Shown: positions 1 through 13,183 of the stretch, piece after piece
Layout: every line of letters starts with the position of its first letter
How positions within the stretch are numbered: the first letter of the stretch is position 1
Assembly: GCA_001687465.1 (NCBI GenBank)
Contig: LVLI01000278.1
Coordinates: forward strand, 124,001 to 188,000
DNA from: Halocafeteria seosinensis
Taxonomy: Eukaryota
Reading direction: 5' to 3'
DNA: 64,000 nucleotides
Position numbers and translations under genes: made by a program
Notes under the pieces: generated by a model
Databases searched by the model: none
The model's input: only the letters and a program-made list of their open reading frames with translations
Told to the model about the DNA's origin: nothing

Positions 1-118
1 GGGAGAGATAAGTCCCCGAAATGACATCCTTCCGTCTTCGCCTTGATTCGCTGTTGCTCAGTGCAAAGAGCGTTATTATTAAGACGATTACACATTTTAG
101 CCTTGGAACTGCTTGCAT
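1..118 (-). CDS. 5' end of a probable secreted protein running off the left edge of the window
   Basis: Minus-strand ATG at 118 opens MQAVPRLKCVIVLIITLFALSNSESRRRRKDVISGTYLS, which looks like a signal peptide and stays open to position 1. It is divergent from the cathepsin gene. Confidence 0.4.
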   Translation of the reverse strand, partial: MQAVPRLKCVIVLIITLFALSNSESRRRRKDVISGTYLS

Positions 119-503
119 TGCTCGGCTCCAACTTCTAAATACGGCGAGTTTGTCCAACCCATGTATCCACGTTCCCCTTGCGTGTCCGTTAGTTCGGCAT
201 TATCTTTCCTTCATGTACACGGCGTGACTGTCCTACACGCTGTGATGATAGTAACTTGTAGGTCCATCTTGTAACCCCATCTTGTAACCGGTAGCAACCA
301 GGGGGCCGGTTGCCATAACGTTGTTGAAGTTCTGTCGAGCGGAAAGTGGCACTTGAAGAGTCAGACCCTGAGATCCCACGAAGGTAATTTGTTCGGTATT
401 GTAAGAAAGCGAACATCGTACAACACGTTAAGAGAGTGTAGAAAGGAAGACTCCTTTGTTTTTCCTTTGTAATTGCGTTTGGTTGTAAAATAGAGAGGAA
501 ATA

Positions 504-1855
504 ATGAAGATTATTTCGTCGTTGTTGTTCTTGGCCTTGGCAGCCAACTGTGCCTCGGCCTTGGTACGCATTCCCATGCATAAGATGGAATCCCCCAAGG
601 ATCAACTCCGCCGTGCTGGTTACCACGTAAGTTAATATTTTTTTGTGTGTATTGGAATATGCCGTTATAGCGTCTGCAAATATGGAAGAGGGACTGAAGA
701 ACACTAGCGAGGGGGCACGAAAATAACAAAAAAGGCCCCGAAGGGTGTGTGTGAGGGGACAAGTTTGGCGCGGGAATCAGTGAACAATGGAAAGCCCTAG
801 GATTCTGACCCAATGTTCTTTCGTTTTGTGCCATGCAGCGCATCGGTGGAATCCATCATAAATATGGAGATAAAGCAAACGTACCAATCAATAACTACCA
901 GGATGCTCAATACTATGGCGAAATCTCTGTTGGAACTCCACCTCAGAAGTTCCAGGTGATATTCGACACAGGAAGCAGCAACTTGTGGATTCCCTCTACA
1001 AAGTGCACGAACTGTGGAAGCCACCCGAAATACAACCACACGGCCTCTAGCACATATCACAAAAACGGCACCTCCTTCAAGATCATGTACGGAAGTGGAC
1101 CTGTCAGTGGTTTCATTTCCAATGATGATGTTACTGTAGGTGGACTAACTGTAGATGGCGTTGATTTCGCTGAAATCACTGATGTATCTGGACTTGGCCC
1201 CGCTTACTCTCTTGGTAAATTTGACGGTATCTTGGGTATGGCTTGGAACAAGATTAGTGTCGATGACATTCCGACGATCTTCTCCGACTTCGTACAACAA
1301 GGCTTGGTAGATGAGCCTGTGTTTGCATTCTACTTGTCATCTGACAGCAGCAAGCAGGGTGAGCTCACCTTGGGTGGCATTGACAACTCCAAGTACACCG
1401 GAGACATATTCTATCAAGATTTGAGTTCCGAAACTTACTGGGAAATTAAGTTGGGTGACTTCAAGGTTAATGGAGATAGCATGACGAGTGTGCATAAAGC
1501 CATCTTGGACACTGGCACTTCCTTATTGGCAGGTCCCACTGACGAAGTGAAAAAGATTGCGAAGAAGGTCGGTGCCAAACCCTTCTGGTTGAACCCTAAT
1601 GAATTCACTGTTAACTGCAGCGCTATTCCCAATATGCCTGATATTGAGATTGAAATTGGTGGAAAGACATTTACGCTCTCAGCTAAGGAATACGTATTGA
1701 ACGTTGAAGATGTGGAATGCCTTTTGGGTATGACTGGTATTGATGTACCGGCACCAGCTGGTCCTCTGTGGATTTTGGGTGATGTTTTCATTCGTCAGTA
1801 TTACACCATATTTGACTGGGGACAGAAGCGTGTAGGTCTTGCCACCGCCGCATAA
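504..1855 (+). CDS. Cathepsin D-like aspartic protease (pepsin family A1), 2 exons (504-626, 839-1855)
   Basis: Exon 1 encodes signal peptide and propeptide MKIISSLLFLALAANCASALVRIPMHK. Phase-0 intron GTAAGT(627)..TGCAG(838). Both catalytic motifs are present (FDTGSSNLW, LDTGTS), plus YGSG flap and WILGDVF. Confidence 0.95.
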
Positions 1856-2096
1856 GAGAACCTACTGTCGCATGCGACTTTCATACGCCACGTGATAAGT
1901 CATCAAAGCGCACCGTTTTGCTTCTTTTGAGAACAATTAGGTGTACTGACATGGCTTTGCGAAAGAAATATACATTTGCTCACTAACACGTGCTCAAAAA
2001 TAGAAACAGTACCGCCGCTTACTGCATTCCGCTGTAGTGGGGCATTGCGCCCACTATAAATGCATCCTATCTCCATAGAACTTCAAGGAGAGTTTC

Positions 2097-2169
2097 GTCC
2101 GCATGGCCTAATGGATAGGGCGTCAGTTTCCGGCACTGAAGGTTCGGGGTTCGAGTCCCCGTGCGGATA
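2097..2169 (+). tRNA. tRNA-Arg (anticodon CCG)
   Basis: Acceptor stem GTCCGCA/TGCGGAT, D-arm TGGCCTAATGGATAGGGC, anticodon stem TCAGT/ACTGA around loop TTCCGGC, T-loop GTTCGAGTC; 73 nt, no intron. Confidence 0.95.
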
Positions 2170-2170
2170 C

Positions 2171-2185
2171 TTTTTTTTTTTTTTT
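2171..2185 (+). terminator. RNA polymerase III oligo(T) terminator of the tRNA gene
   Basis: T15 run immediately after the tRNA discriminator base. A TATAAA lies upstream at 2055-2060. Confidence 0.8.
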
Positions 2186-2374
2186 GGTTCAGATTCTCCG
2201 TTCCACGAGCAATGCCATACAGCAGAGAAACACATGATATGAATAAGAAGTATGATAATAATAAAAGTAGTGGTTTGTTGGAGATGGCTGGGCAGCGTCT
2301 TTCTACTGACTCTGACGCAACTAGGCCATTCACCCTCGCAGAATTCGAGATTCTGATACAGTGGAGCTATTAGT

Positions 2375-4687
2375 TTATTCGTTTCTATCTACATTTAGTA
2401 TAGTGCGGATGTCGTCGGAAGAATGGCGAATTATTTTCGAGGTATCCTGGTATCCACTACGCGAATCCTGAATAGCTGCAGCAACTTCTTCGTGGGATTT
2501 CACAAGCAACTCGCCTGTTGACCGTTTCACTCGCTCGCGCATTCGAGGGGACTTCAGCCTACTTAGTGCATTGAAGGATACATCATAGAGTATGCTATAA
2601 AACGTGTTCATGGTCGTTTCTAAGGTTTTATCCCCCATACCTTCCACTTCGCTTAGTCTTTCAGCACTCACATCCTGTGAAAACGACTGTACAGCCCTGA
2701 GTTTTGGTAAGAAATCTGTTGCACCGAGTATGCGATGGTACAGCGCATCACTAAGCTTTTCTTCCTCCAAACTAATGCAAGAACCCAAGTATTGGACCCA
2801 CGGTGCTGCACTTTCAAAAATTGACAGATTGCTTTGGAGGCTCTGATATGTATTCAAGAGGAATATCGATGCATCAACCGAGTTTAAGCCCTCAGTAGCT
2901 TTTTTGCACCCTTCAATTATAGGCTCAACAAGGGAAGAAACGATACGTGAAACGGACTCATTCAAAGCTTCGGTAACGTCAGTAGTGGGGGAGACGGTTT
3001 GGTCGTTGTCTCCACTCATACCAAGCATGGCACAAATAATCGCCCGACGAGCTGGCATTTCCATTGATCCTGAAAGATTCTTTCCGAATACATCCAGGAC
3101 ATCCTCCAGCTTTCGGATTGTTTCGGTAGCTATAACAGGAGAGGATAAATCACTGGGACAGACCATTGTTTGCATCTCAATACTTCCACGGTACTCAGAG
3201 ACAGCATGCCACACACGACCCCAAGCATTGCGGATAAATTCCTCGATAGACTCACACAAATTGTTTGTTTGAGGTGATAAGCCCGAAGATTTGTCTGCTG
3301 AGCCGTCAGTTTCGTCTTGGTCAGCATTTGTGGTTCCTTCCTCTTCCGGGTGGAGTATCTGATGTAATACAGCGTAGAAAAACATTGCCACATCGACAAG
3401 TCGCACCAACTCTACGAAGCCCTGCGTGGTCTCCAATATATTGGACAAACGTATTTGCAGCGGCTTGCATACGACAGACATGATGTTGTTTAGGCATTCG
3501 TGAGTCGTTTTCCTGGGGTGGTTCGATTCGGACGGCAGCTCGTTTTCTTCAGAACCTTCCGCTTCTGCCTCTATTTCTTCGGAGGATAGCTCAACAAGAG
3601 GCTCCAGAATGTCTCTTTCGCTGGCTACAGTCTGGTGTATCCATGCAAGCAAATCAGATGCTACGCGAACAGATTCGCTGGCGGCATTAGGGGAAGAATC
3701 CAAGTGAGAAGTGTTTTCCGAAGAAGTGAGTGACTGCGTCAACGACTTTGCCATTCTGATAAAGGAACGCAACACATAGGATCTTCGCGCTTCTATGATT
3801 GCTTCGAGAGAGGCATGAAAATACGCTTTACGCGACCGTAGCACTAGTAGTGCTTGGTTAATCGAGTCCATTACTTCATCAGCCTCTAACTGCTCCTTGG
3901 TCGATTCCGGACTCTCCAGGAATGAAGCCTGGTGGTGGAGCCACTGATATAACCTGTCCATCCCAACTTCTTGATATTGCGCCATGGAATCCAATATCTG
4001 CAGACCTGCCATATGGTGCTTCTTTGCAATCATTGATGAGCATTGCTGACGTATCGATGAGATGCGATTCAACACTTGCAGGAACGCATCTCTTTGTTCA
4101 GTTCCACTTAGCTCTGCATTGTATAGCGTATCGGTTTCTTCTCTAGATAGTGTGTGTTCGCGTAGGAATTTGTTGATACGTTCAGTTCTGCGATCTACGT
4201 CTTCTTTCTCCTTTTGACATTCCTCAGCTTGTTTAAGTAACTCATCCGTCTGCGTTTGGGTACTTTCAAGCCTGGACTTCATACCTTGGCATTCTGTCGC
4301 TATTTTTCCCACTGACTCCTCAAGTTCACTGGCTGCATCATATAAAGGTCTAGTTTCTTCCAGGAGCTTCTCAGCTAGATGTAAGCCTCTAAATTCCAAG
4401 TCAGACCGAAGCGCTCTCTTCTTGGCTTCAATACCACCGGCGCCTCCGCTATTGTGAGAGCTGTTTCCACTTCCTCCTGAGGACGTCCCGAAGATGTCAC
4501 CGGAACCAGCAAGCGATGCGAATAACCTCTCATTATCTACAGACTGCGATTTTTGCTCCGTATCGTGGTCATTCTCATGGACCGGGTGCACTATCAAGTC
4601 GGATACAGTCTGAATGGCCTCCTTCATCTCCGGCGTGTCCGTCGAGAGATTCACCACCTTCTTCACTTTGTTATGTAACGCGCTCAT
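2375..4687 (-). CDS. COG6: Conserved oligomeric Golgi complex subunit 6, intronless
   Basis: SALHNKVKKVV..RALRSDLE N-terminus, AGLQILDSMAQYQEVGMDRLYQW, DLLAWIHQTVASERDILEPL, IFLLN and C-terminal IRTIL match remembered COG6 motifs. First ATG (MSALHN) at 4687. Confidence 0.85.
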   Translation of the reverse strand: MSALHNKVKKVVNLSTDTPEMKEAIQTVSDLIVHPVHENDHDTEQKSQSVDNERLFASLAGSGDIFGTSSGGSGNSSHNSGGAGGIEAKKRALRSDLEFRGLHLAEKLLEETRPLYDAASELEESVGKIATECQGMKSRLESTQTQTDELLKQAEECQKEKEDVDRRTERINKFLREHTLSREETDTLYNAELSGTEQRDAFLQVLNRISSIRQQCSSMIAKKHHMAGLQILDSMAQYQEVGMDRLYQWLHHQASFLESPESTKEQLEADEVMDSINQALLVLRSRKAYFHASLEAIIEARRSYVLRSFIRMAKSLTQSLTSSENTSHLDSSPNAASESVRVASDLLAWIHQTVASERDILEPLVELSSEEIEAEAEGSEENELPSESNHPRKTTHECLNNIMSVVCKPLQIRLSNILETTQGFVELVRLVDVAMFFYAVLHQILHPEEEGTTNADQDETDGSADKSSGLSPQTNNLCESIEEFIRNAWGRVWHAVSEYRGSIEMQTMVCPSDLSSPVIATETIRKLEDVLDVFGKNLSGSMEMPARRAIICAMLGMSGDNDQTVSPTTDVTEALNESVSRIVSSLVEPIIEGCKKATEGLNSVDASIFLLNTYQSLQSNLSIFESAAPWVQYLGSCISLEEEKLSDALYHRILGATDFLPKLRAVQSFSQDVSAERLSEVEGMGDKTLETTMNTFYSILYDVSFNALSRLKSPRMRERVKRSTGELLVKSHEEVAAAIQDSRSGYQDTSKIIRHSSDDIRTILNVDRNE

Positions 4688-5312
4688 TTTCCCCTCGTAT
4701 GTTGTCCTGTGTCTCCCACATACACAATTATTAAACCAGCAAAACAACTACCCAGCCTTTGAGACTCAGATTGAGAATCATACATGACAATCTTTTCGTT
4801 CACGTCCTGTGAAGGCGAAGTTGAAGTTAGTCGCCGGGACTCCCGGGCTGCGACCGACGGAGGCAGATCGTGTAAGAACTTCCGGAGAAGTGCTCATTTA
4901 CGACTGTTACAGAGGAGAGACGGAAGTCTCGATCGGTTTAAGCGGTGGATTGTTTTTCTTGTTTTGTATACTCAGCGTCGCTTTCAGACTTTTGCGATTG
5001 TTTTATGTCCTGTTCTTGCTCGGAACTTGGCGTCTGCGAACGGCGTTAACGTATGTCGCAACAACAAAAACCACTTGGTTTTTTGTGGGCTATACAGAGG
5101 GTCAGTAGCGCTGTTGGTCTCTTTTCGTTGTCGGAAAAGATCGGATTAAGGTATTTTGACTCCCTCTATTCAGCGGAAAGGGTATAAAGAGGTCGAATAA
5201 GCGATTCCCACCCCAGAACGAGAAAGAGCGCGAAAATAAGTCGAAGACATGGTCAACCAAAAAAGGTCTTAAGGGGGAGCACCACGGGGGAATTGCGCAC
5301 ACCAGGAAATCG

Positions 5313-8300
5313 ATGGATATGCCGGAAAGCTCTCCGTTGAATCAGTCCTCCAGGGACAAACATGAGGAGGAGAACATGAACGATACGCGGAGATCGGAAC
5401 ACAAGGAAGATGGAGCCGAACAGGAAAATGCCATGACGGAAGTATCGTCCATTGATTCCCAGGAGCAGGGCGAACGTAAAGCCTCCGAGGAAGTGTTAAT
5501 CGACCTTGAGCGGCGCAACGTTTCCATCAATCGAGGGTAAGCAGTTCGTCTAAAAACGTGATTACTTGGGTGAAAAATCAACGACGATGTTCTTTGTTAA
5601 CCCTGCAGAATTCAAGATGAACTCTGGCAACACCGCACCTTGGACAACCAAATTGCGGATCTTCAACGTGAAATTAAGAAAGAGAAGCAATACCAAAGAC
5701 AATTTGGCCCGACGCGTTCTTCACTGAAGGGCGTTGGTAGCGCTCAGTTGATGGAAGAGATGCAAAAGTACTACAATCGCCAAGTGGAAATACTCGAACG
5801 TGAACTGCAAAGGATCACCTCAAGATACGATGACGTCCAAGCCAAGAGCAAAGACATGCGTGATGAAATCAATATGCTTCGCCGCCAAACCTGTACACAA
5901 GACCGTTTATTTCAGCAACGTGCGGAGAAACTGGAGGAGACGAAAAACAAAGTGGCGCTGTGCATGGAGAAAGCGAATACGCTACTGCATGTAAGTTGTA
6001 GTCTTGATTTGGGCCGTCAGAGAGAGAGTCAATTGCCATATCCCTTTCTTTTGTTCCAGGAAAAAAACATGATTGATGATCGTATAGAGCAGCAACGAGA
6101 ACATGATCAGCAGTTGGAGGAGAAGTTTAGCGAAGAGCTAAACAGTTTGCTGCGAAAGATTGAGACACTGTACGGCCAGATTGACGATGATTCGTCTTCG
6201 AAAGAAGCGTCCCAGGCCTCTCTTAGCCGCTTTGAAGAGAACAATGTTAGAAAGCACGCACGGGAATTAGATGAGCAAATTGACGATCTGCAGACGAAGA
6301 TCCAACAAATAGACGAGGATATGCAAAAAGTTAATAATGCATTCGATGAACTCAAGGTAAGGTGATATTTGACATATAACCGCAGTGGTAGAGGGGGAAC
6401 ATGAAGGACATGTGTACAGGTAGCTGCTGGGGAATCTGATATCAACAAGATTCTGGAAACATTTGGGGAAGACGAGGAAATCAATTATTCCTTGTTTAAG
6501 TATATCCAAGTAAGTCTGACTGCTTAACATTCTACTTGAATCCCTGTTGTGATAGATGCTTGGGTACGCTTTGCTGGTGTTACAGGAGGCTACAGAAGAA
6601 ACTGAGGAACTCCTGCGCAGAGTCTCCGATCTGGAAAATGAGATGGAACAATACAAACACAAGACGGAGCATACCGAACACGACAGAGTTGTAATGCTTC
6701 TTGAAGAAAGAAAGCAGCTTCAGCAGCTGCGACAGGAAAACGAACACACGGATACAACGTTAAGAGAGGCTCAAGAAAGAATTTTTGACAAAATAGGCCC
6801 AGTGATAAAAAAATTGATTCGTTCTGTGAGGTATGTAAGAGCCTGACACTACGCTGCTACGCTATATGAGCTAGATGACTATTACGTACTCTGCAGGCCG
6901 TATTCGTCGCTAGACAAGGAACTCTCACTCCCAAGGTCGCAGTGGAAAGTGGACAAGATGCGACAAAATGTTCATAGTGCGTGCAAGCATCGAGAAAATC
7001 GTACGCATACTGAAGACAGTCATTCATTGGATGACAACGTAATTTGGCTAAGGAGGGGCGCCACTTACCCACTAGACGCTGATGTCGAAGTGTTGTCAGA
7101 CTTAGGCGTCCAACTGACAGAACAGGAACGCCGAGAGGTATTCAAGGCTTTTAACAGACTTGTTCGATTGGCTGCCTCCAAGGCGAAAGATAAAGGCCCT
7201 AGTCCAAAAAAGCACTCATCGAAGGACGAAGCGTCCGAAAATACCTCCTTCTTTTTAACCGGCGTTGAGCTTGGGGATGAATCCAAAGCTGCCGTACAGG
7301 AACAGAGTCGGTCTCGAGCTGGAGTCTCCCTGGATTTGAGTGAAATTAAGGCAGCCGGTGGTCCTTGCATATTTGACACCAAGCACAGCTTTTCTAAGGG
7401 AGGTGTAAGTTTAGTTGTCGGCGTGAGTGGCACGGCTACAGAGTTTCTCTATCATTTCTGTAATGTGGTCTGCAGGATGCCATGTATAGTACCCCCGGAG
7501 AGTTGGTAGATGCTCTACGGTCCGTGGAAGCTGATCTTCGAGATTTAATCAACCAGTATGACTTAAAGATAGTGTACCCAAGCACGGTAAGTACACACTT
7601 CTAAAGCGCGGGAGAGCTTACCGATTGGGATATTGTTTCCTATATTGATACCCGCAGGGCCAGAGGAGAGCTAAGGAGCTTTCGGGGCCACCAATACAAC
7701 GTGAAGGTGCTCAATTCTTCGTACTTCCACCCGATCTTCCGATCCAACAGCAAGAGGATAAAAGCGACGAGTACTTCATGGAGAAGTTATCCAAAATGGC
7801 TGGTGAATCGTTTAGCGAGAGCTACCGGAAACGAATCCGCAATATTTACGCGTACTACCATGCCTCAACCAAACCGGACTACGCGGCATCTACTACTTTG
7901 TTGATTGAGGCATCAGAGAGGAAAATGAAAGCTGAGCAAGAGGCTGAACAGCTGGAAAGCGGGGCCTTGACACCATCCCACTACAATGTTGCAAGGGAGA
8001 GAAGACGGTCGAGCTGGACAATGGAAGGAAGAGGGATGGGTAAACTGGATTCAACAGAAAACGAAATAATGCAGTGGATCTACGCAAACGCCGATGCCTC
8101 AGACAAGGAAGAATCAGGAGCGCCAACGGGGGCGCAGCGACCTTCATCTCCTTCGCGGTTATCTTTCTTTGGGCAACAACCTCGGGAGCAATCTGACAAT
8201 ATATATCTTGTACCTGTTGACGAAGCTGAAGGCGGAAGAACTTCCCCCGGTTCTGTGGGTCTCAATGACCGGCCGTATTCCCCAAACAAAACTCAGTACT

Positions 8301-11300
8301 TCCAGTATAGCTCTCCCGCTGCACGTGAATCACTGTCGCGTGGATCGCCAACAGGCGCCTCCACTCCCGGAGGACGTGCTCGAGCTCGGCTGCAGGCTAA
8401 GAGTACATCTCTACCGCCGTTGCTAAGAGAACGGGGCCTGGACCTCGCCTTTGCTAATCCTGACAGTTTTATAGTGAAGAATTCTTTGGAAGGAAGTTCG
8501 CATCCACTGGCTGTCTCGCGAGAAATGAACGAAGTCCCAGAAGCAAATCAAAGATCCTCAGGGCGGCGTAGAGCGACAGATTCGTCCCATATTGGCGCGG
8601 ATACTGGTGGCAAATGGACGGAGACTTCGAAGCGACCTTCAATAGCGTCTGTGGCGACTAATCTGAGATCTGTGGTTGCCAGTGCTCGAGAACAGGTAGC
8701 TGCATCAAGCGAAGGCTCCTCTGGTACTGACGATGATGAGTACGCACAACCAATGCATCGCGATAAACTTGAACCTTTAGTAGCCAAGGAGTTTGGTGGA
8801 GAGGAGGGCAAGCGTGCCAAGCTTTTCGTGAGGAAAGGTAGACATGATCCAAAGAAACTTCGTGAAGAATTGGAGGAATGTCGAAGACAAGCGGCCCAAG
8901 CGGAGCGACGCCGGAGTATGGTCTTGGCTGGTATGACGTCGGCACGGTCAAGAAGAAGATCCAGTACGGTGAGATCTCGCCGAGATTCGGCCTCTACTGC
9001 CGGCTCCCACAGGAGTTCGCAGGAACGTCCATCCTCGGAGGGACAACTTCCCGAGACTAATACCGGGGACCTCGACCTTTCGAGTTCTGCTGCTAACACT
9101 ATGGGTCAAGCTGTTTCCGGCAAGACCAGCCCTGAGGATGATGAAGCGCAATGGGAAAGCGAAACTAGAGCTGAGAGGGATAAGGGAGTAGAACCAGGCG
9201 CGGGAAGCACTCATGCAGCTGACCATCGACCAATGAGCAGGGGAGACGATGGTTCTGATGTGCCTGCTGGGTCCAGGAATGCCACATGGAGATCTGCCTT
9301 GCAATCAGCTGAGAATCCTGAAGTCGCAACGGTCTCGGGTAGCGATGGGCTACAGGGCCGATTTGGTTCAGGGACGGGACACTCCTACAGAGCCTCTTTC
9401 AGCCAGTTTGATCCAGATAGAGATAGACACGAATTGGCGAACGAGCGGGAATCCTTGGAAACGCCGGCAGAGTATGGTCCACGATCGCACAAGAGCCATG
9501 CGATAACACCTCACGACCGCGCCAGACAAATGGATCCCGAATCCCGCGGGGGCATCGAAGGTGGGAGCGCTGGAGCCCCATCTACTGGTTATTACGGACG
9601 TATTTTTGCACGCTCGGATTCAGGAAGTGTTGATGGATATGTAGAAGATATCGAAACCGATGACATTGTCCACCATCAACAACAACCTCGTTCGGCTCCT
9701 TACGTGAAACAGCCATATGATGTCGACAGGAGCGGAGCTGCTGCTGGTTCCGCTCCGATGGGGATGCGCGCAATCAATCAAGGTAGACCGGCAACCAACG
9801 AAAGCGGTGGAGACACCGATTCCATGGCCAATGCTCCTCCGAGAGACGAGCAAGTGTCGCGGAACGACACAAGGGTTACTGGCTACGAAACGGAAGGGCA
9901 ACAACTTGAGTCCCTAGACAGCGGTGGATTTTATGAGGATCTCCGAGAGCGACCTGGTACTGGGAGCTTGACGGAGTTTTCTGAGGAACAGCAGACGCAT
10001 CGTGGCGACGGTGCGTCATCGGCTGTCTATCAAAGCCGAGAGGAAAAACGAAACCAAACAATGCATTCTGCGCCTGCCGGTAAGGAGCCAGATGATGTGC
10101 TCGGCAGTAGTAGTCGCTATGGGAGGGCTCCTAGAACAGCAGCGGCGACTAGGGAGGAGGATGGTGCGGACGATGCTTCATTGGATAATGTCCCGCCCTC
10201 GGGAGATCGGAGTAATGCCGCGACGAGTATGCGGAATGTTAGCATCTATGGGGACCAGCAAACCGAGTCAACCGACAGTCGGGCATACGACCAACTAAGG
10301 GACGGCATTGTTAGGGACAGTACATTTCCTGAAGGCCATGAGGGAGGCAAGCAACAGCACCCTCGCTCGGCCCAAGAGCGGCCCAAGCAGAAGCATCCTC
10401 AGTCAGCCCAAGAACGGATACATATGTCCGAGAAGCGGCCGGAAACCTCCGCGAACTCGATGGATAACATAGCCGGGGATTCTGACGAACGGCCTTTCAG
10501 TAAAGGCTCATACGAATCTCGGCTAGCATTGGACAGGCAACGGGAAGGCCTCAAGACTAGTTCCATAGACAGCCGGGGAATGTATGATTATCTTGGCGAT
10601 AGAAAATTGGGAGACACTGAAGGAGGTCGAAGCGGAGGACACCCAGGGTCTGCGTCATCGGAGAGATTGGGTGGAACTCAGTCGGAGATATACGCACGTT
10701 CAGCTAGAAGTAGCGATTTGAACCGGCAAAAACTGCTACATTCGGCTCCAACTGGCCAAAATGATCGGGATAACATCCCCGATTTTTATTCTCACGGAGA
10801 TAGTGAGTGGTTGGAAGTTGGTCCAGAGAATCAATCTCTTCCGTCAACGGGGAGATCTTCGGAAAGGCCAGCGACTGAGCGCGAGAAATATAGAGAAAGA
10901 GAAGCATCCTCAGCCCCGGCTGCGTCTAGAAAGAAATCAGCGGGGAGTTCAAGAACTGAAATGAGGCAGCCTACTATCACTGAAAGTGCTGAGGAGGAAG
11001 ATGAGGGCTCCGTGCAACACGGCGTAAACACGGAAGAGTGGCCAGAAAACCTAGACACCATTCGGGATGAGAAGAGCTGGGGCATGGCCTCCCCTCAGCG
11101 CCGTGATGAGGCCGATGAGGCCGATATGCTATACTCTGAGTACATAGGCAGCGGCGGAGCCGAGGAAGACGCTAGTTGGAAGAAGCCACAAACAGCTGAA
11201 GTATTTGACGTTATATCCTACTACGATCGGGTCGCGAGTAAACCTCCGTCTTCAAGCTCAGTGGAACGACGACACGGTGGGCATGAAAGTAAGGGCACTA

Positions 11301-11632
11301 AACCAGATCCAAAAGCACGTTCCGGAAGAAGCCGTCGACGGCATCAGGATGAAGAAGACGCTTTACTGGCTACTCGAGATAGTGCTGTCTCTCAGCTGCG
11401 ACGGTCTGGCAAGAGCAATTCCAGTCTCCGTCGGAAAGGAAGCCATCGCGACCAAAAGAACTTCGGTAAGTCTCCGTATACCCAAAAGATGCCTGATCCA
11501 CGAGACCAGTCTCTTCGGAATAGTCGCTCGAAGCAGTCAAATAGCTTCCAATCCCTGGAGGAACTGGAATCGGACCAAGCGGATACAAAACGGACGAGCA
11601 AGAAAAAGTCAGGAAAGTCCTACAGGAAGTAA
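5313..11632 (+). CDS. Outer dynein arm docking complex subunit-like (ODA-DC2/CCDC114/CCDC63-type) coiled-coil protein with a very long low-complexity C-terminal tail; about 8 exons
   Basis: ORFs at 5313, 5640, 6556, 6949 and 7778 join in frame through GT-AG introns (about 5537-5608, 5991-6059, 6357-6419, 6510-6586, 6831-6896, ~7405-7475, 7587-7657). Long coiled coil with motif ILETFGEDEEINYSLFKYIQE resembles the FxxxEExNFSLFxYV motif of ODA-DC2. Confidence 0.6.
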
Positions 11633-11638
11633 GTTGAC

Positions 11639-13183
11639 TTAGAAAGGAGCTCTGGCTTTCAGCAAAACCGGTTTCGCTGGAAGATGGAGTATCCGTGCTG
11701 CCTCCTCTAGTGTTTCGACGTTGATTTTATCTAAGTCCTTAATTTCCGTTGGAGTGACGTCAACGGTAGCGTCGCCAGTTGTTAGCCTATTGCTTGTGGC
11801 TGTTCGGAGTGTCAGCGTGCGGTATGGCTTCTGCTCTGTTTGCCCCACTGACGACTCCATGCAGTTTCTCGATAAGCTTATGGAGTCCGATACGTTATCC
11901 TTCAAATAATTCCTCGCGTACTTCTTTATTGGCTTTTGCCGCTTTTTCCCCATCAATCGGTTAACACCGAACGGTATGAAGAGAGAGCTCGCGTGTAAAT
12001 GCATCCTGTTCACGGCTTTGGTACCACCATATGCAATATCACCTACTGCACTTGCATGAATCGTAATAACGACACAGATGCGGAGTAAATCATTACGATC
12101 AGTCATACGTACCGATCCTGTGGCCTAAGGCTGCCATGTGTAAGCGTAGTTGGTGACGTCGTCCAGTTTTAGGAATCAGCTGCACCCTTGTACATGGTGT
12201 GTCCCACATTTTGGTATATCCCAATACTCGGACCAATGTCTCCGCGTACTGCAAAAACAAGTTGACAAATAATTCAGCAGTGTGTATCTCATGGGCCTCC
12301 ATAAAGCCTTGAGCAGCACGCACCCTGCCTGGGTTTTTTTCACACCCAATTTCCATACAGAAATTATCATCACTTGTTGGCTCTGCAACTGGCGCTTTCA
12401 TGGTAAAGCTTAGCACGCAGGAGCCTACCGACTGGTATAACGTCGAATACATTGCATCAATCAACTGTGATCGCGATATGGCATCCAATTGCTTCCTTTC
12501 CTTTTCAGTCGCAGTGACTTGAGAGAAGCTGGGGCTTTGGCTTCCGTCCATTGTTGCATACGGTAAACTTTCCTCGGACACTGTCACCGCGTAGTTTGCA
12601 GTAACCCAAGACAGTTCGACATTCTCTGGCAGTTTCTTGCAGCACTCTTTCGTTAGACTTCCTTCTAGCAAAGCGCTATAGGACTTGCACACGAGGCGGT
12701 CTTCGAAAAGCCCAGATAGGTAGGCAGCACCTCTGTATGGCGAACGCATCCCATCAAGCACATGCGACGTGCCCCAGGTACCTCATACAATACGTACGCC
12801 TTGGTAGCTGCCAAGCAGATAGCGCCTGATGTCGCATAATCTAGCCGATGAGTGTTGTGCACTTTCTCCACTCCATGGTTGTGACGAATCTGAACAAAGT
12901 AAGCGTGCTCTGAAGGCAGGTTATGCAATACGAGAGAGTGGCGAGGGCTTACCAGTTTTTCTAGGGTAACTTCATGTTCGCCATCCATCCTCACGTCAGG
13001 GGGCTTGGATACTGCTATATAGTTGTGGTCACGCCATAGAGTGTCCAGGGACGTCGTTTCCACTGACTTGGGTTCCCGTAGTTGCCTCTCGGAGAGTCCT
13101 TGATTGTCCTCCTGGCAACATTGCCGCTTGCTGGAAGGAAGCTCTGCACCGTCACTGGTGCCCATTGATCCGGCGGCAGCCAT
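11639..13183 (-). CDS. RluA-family RNA pseudouridine synthase, multi-exon
   Basis: Spliced product has AVSKPPDV, catalytic HRLDYATSG, KSYSAL, LIPKTGRRHQLRLHMAALGHRIVGD and MHLHA. Confidence 0.9.

Noticed and set aside
265..292. Tandem catcttgtaacc duplication in the cathepsin upstream region
   Set aside because: Only two 12-nt copies. It could be a promoter element but cannot be supported.
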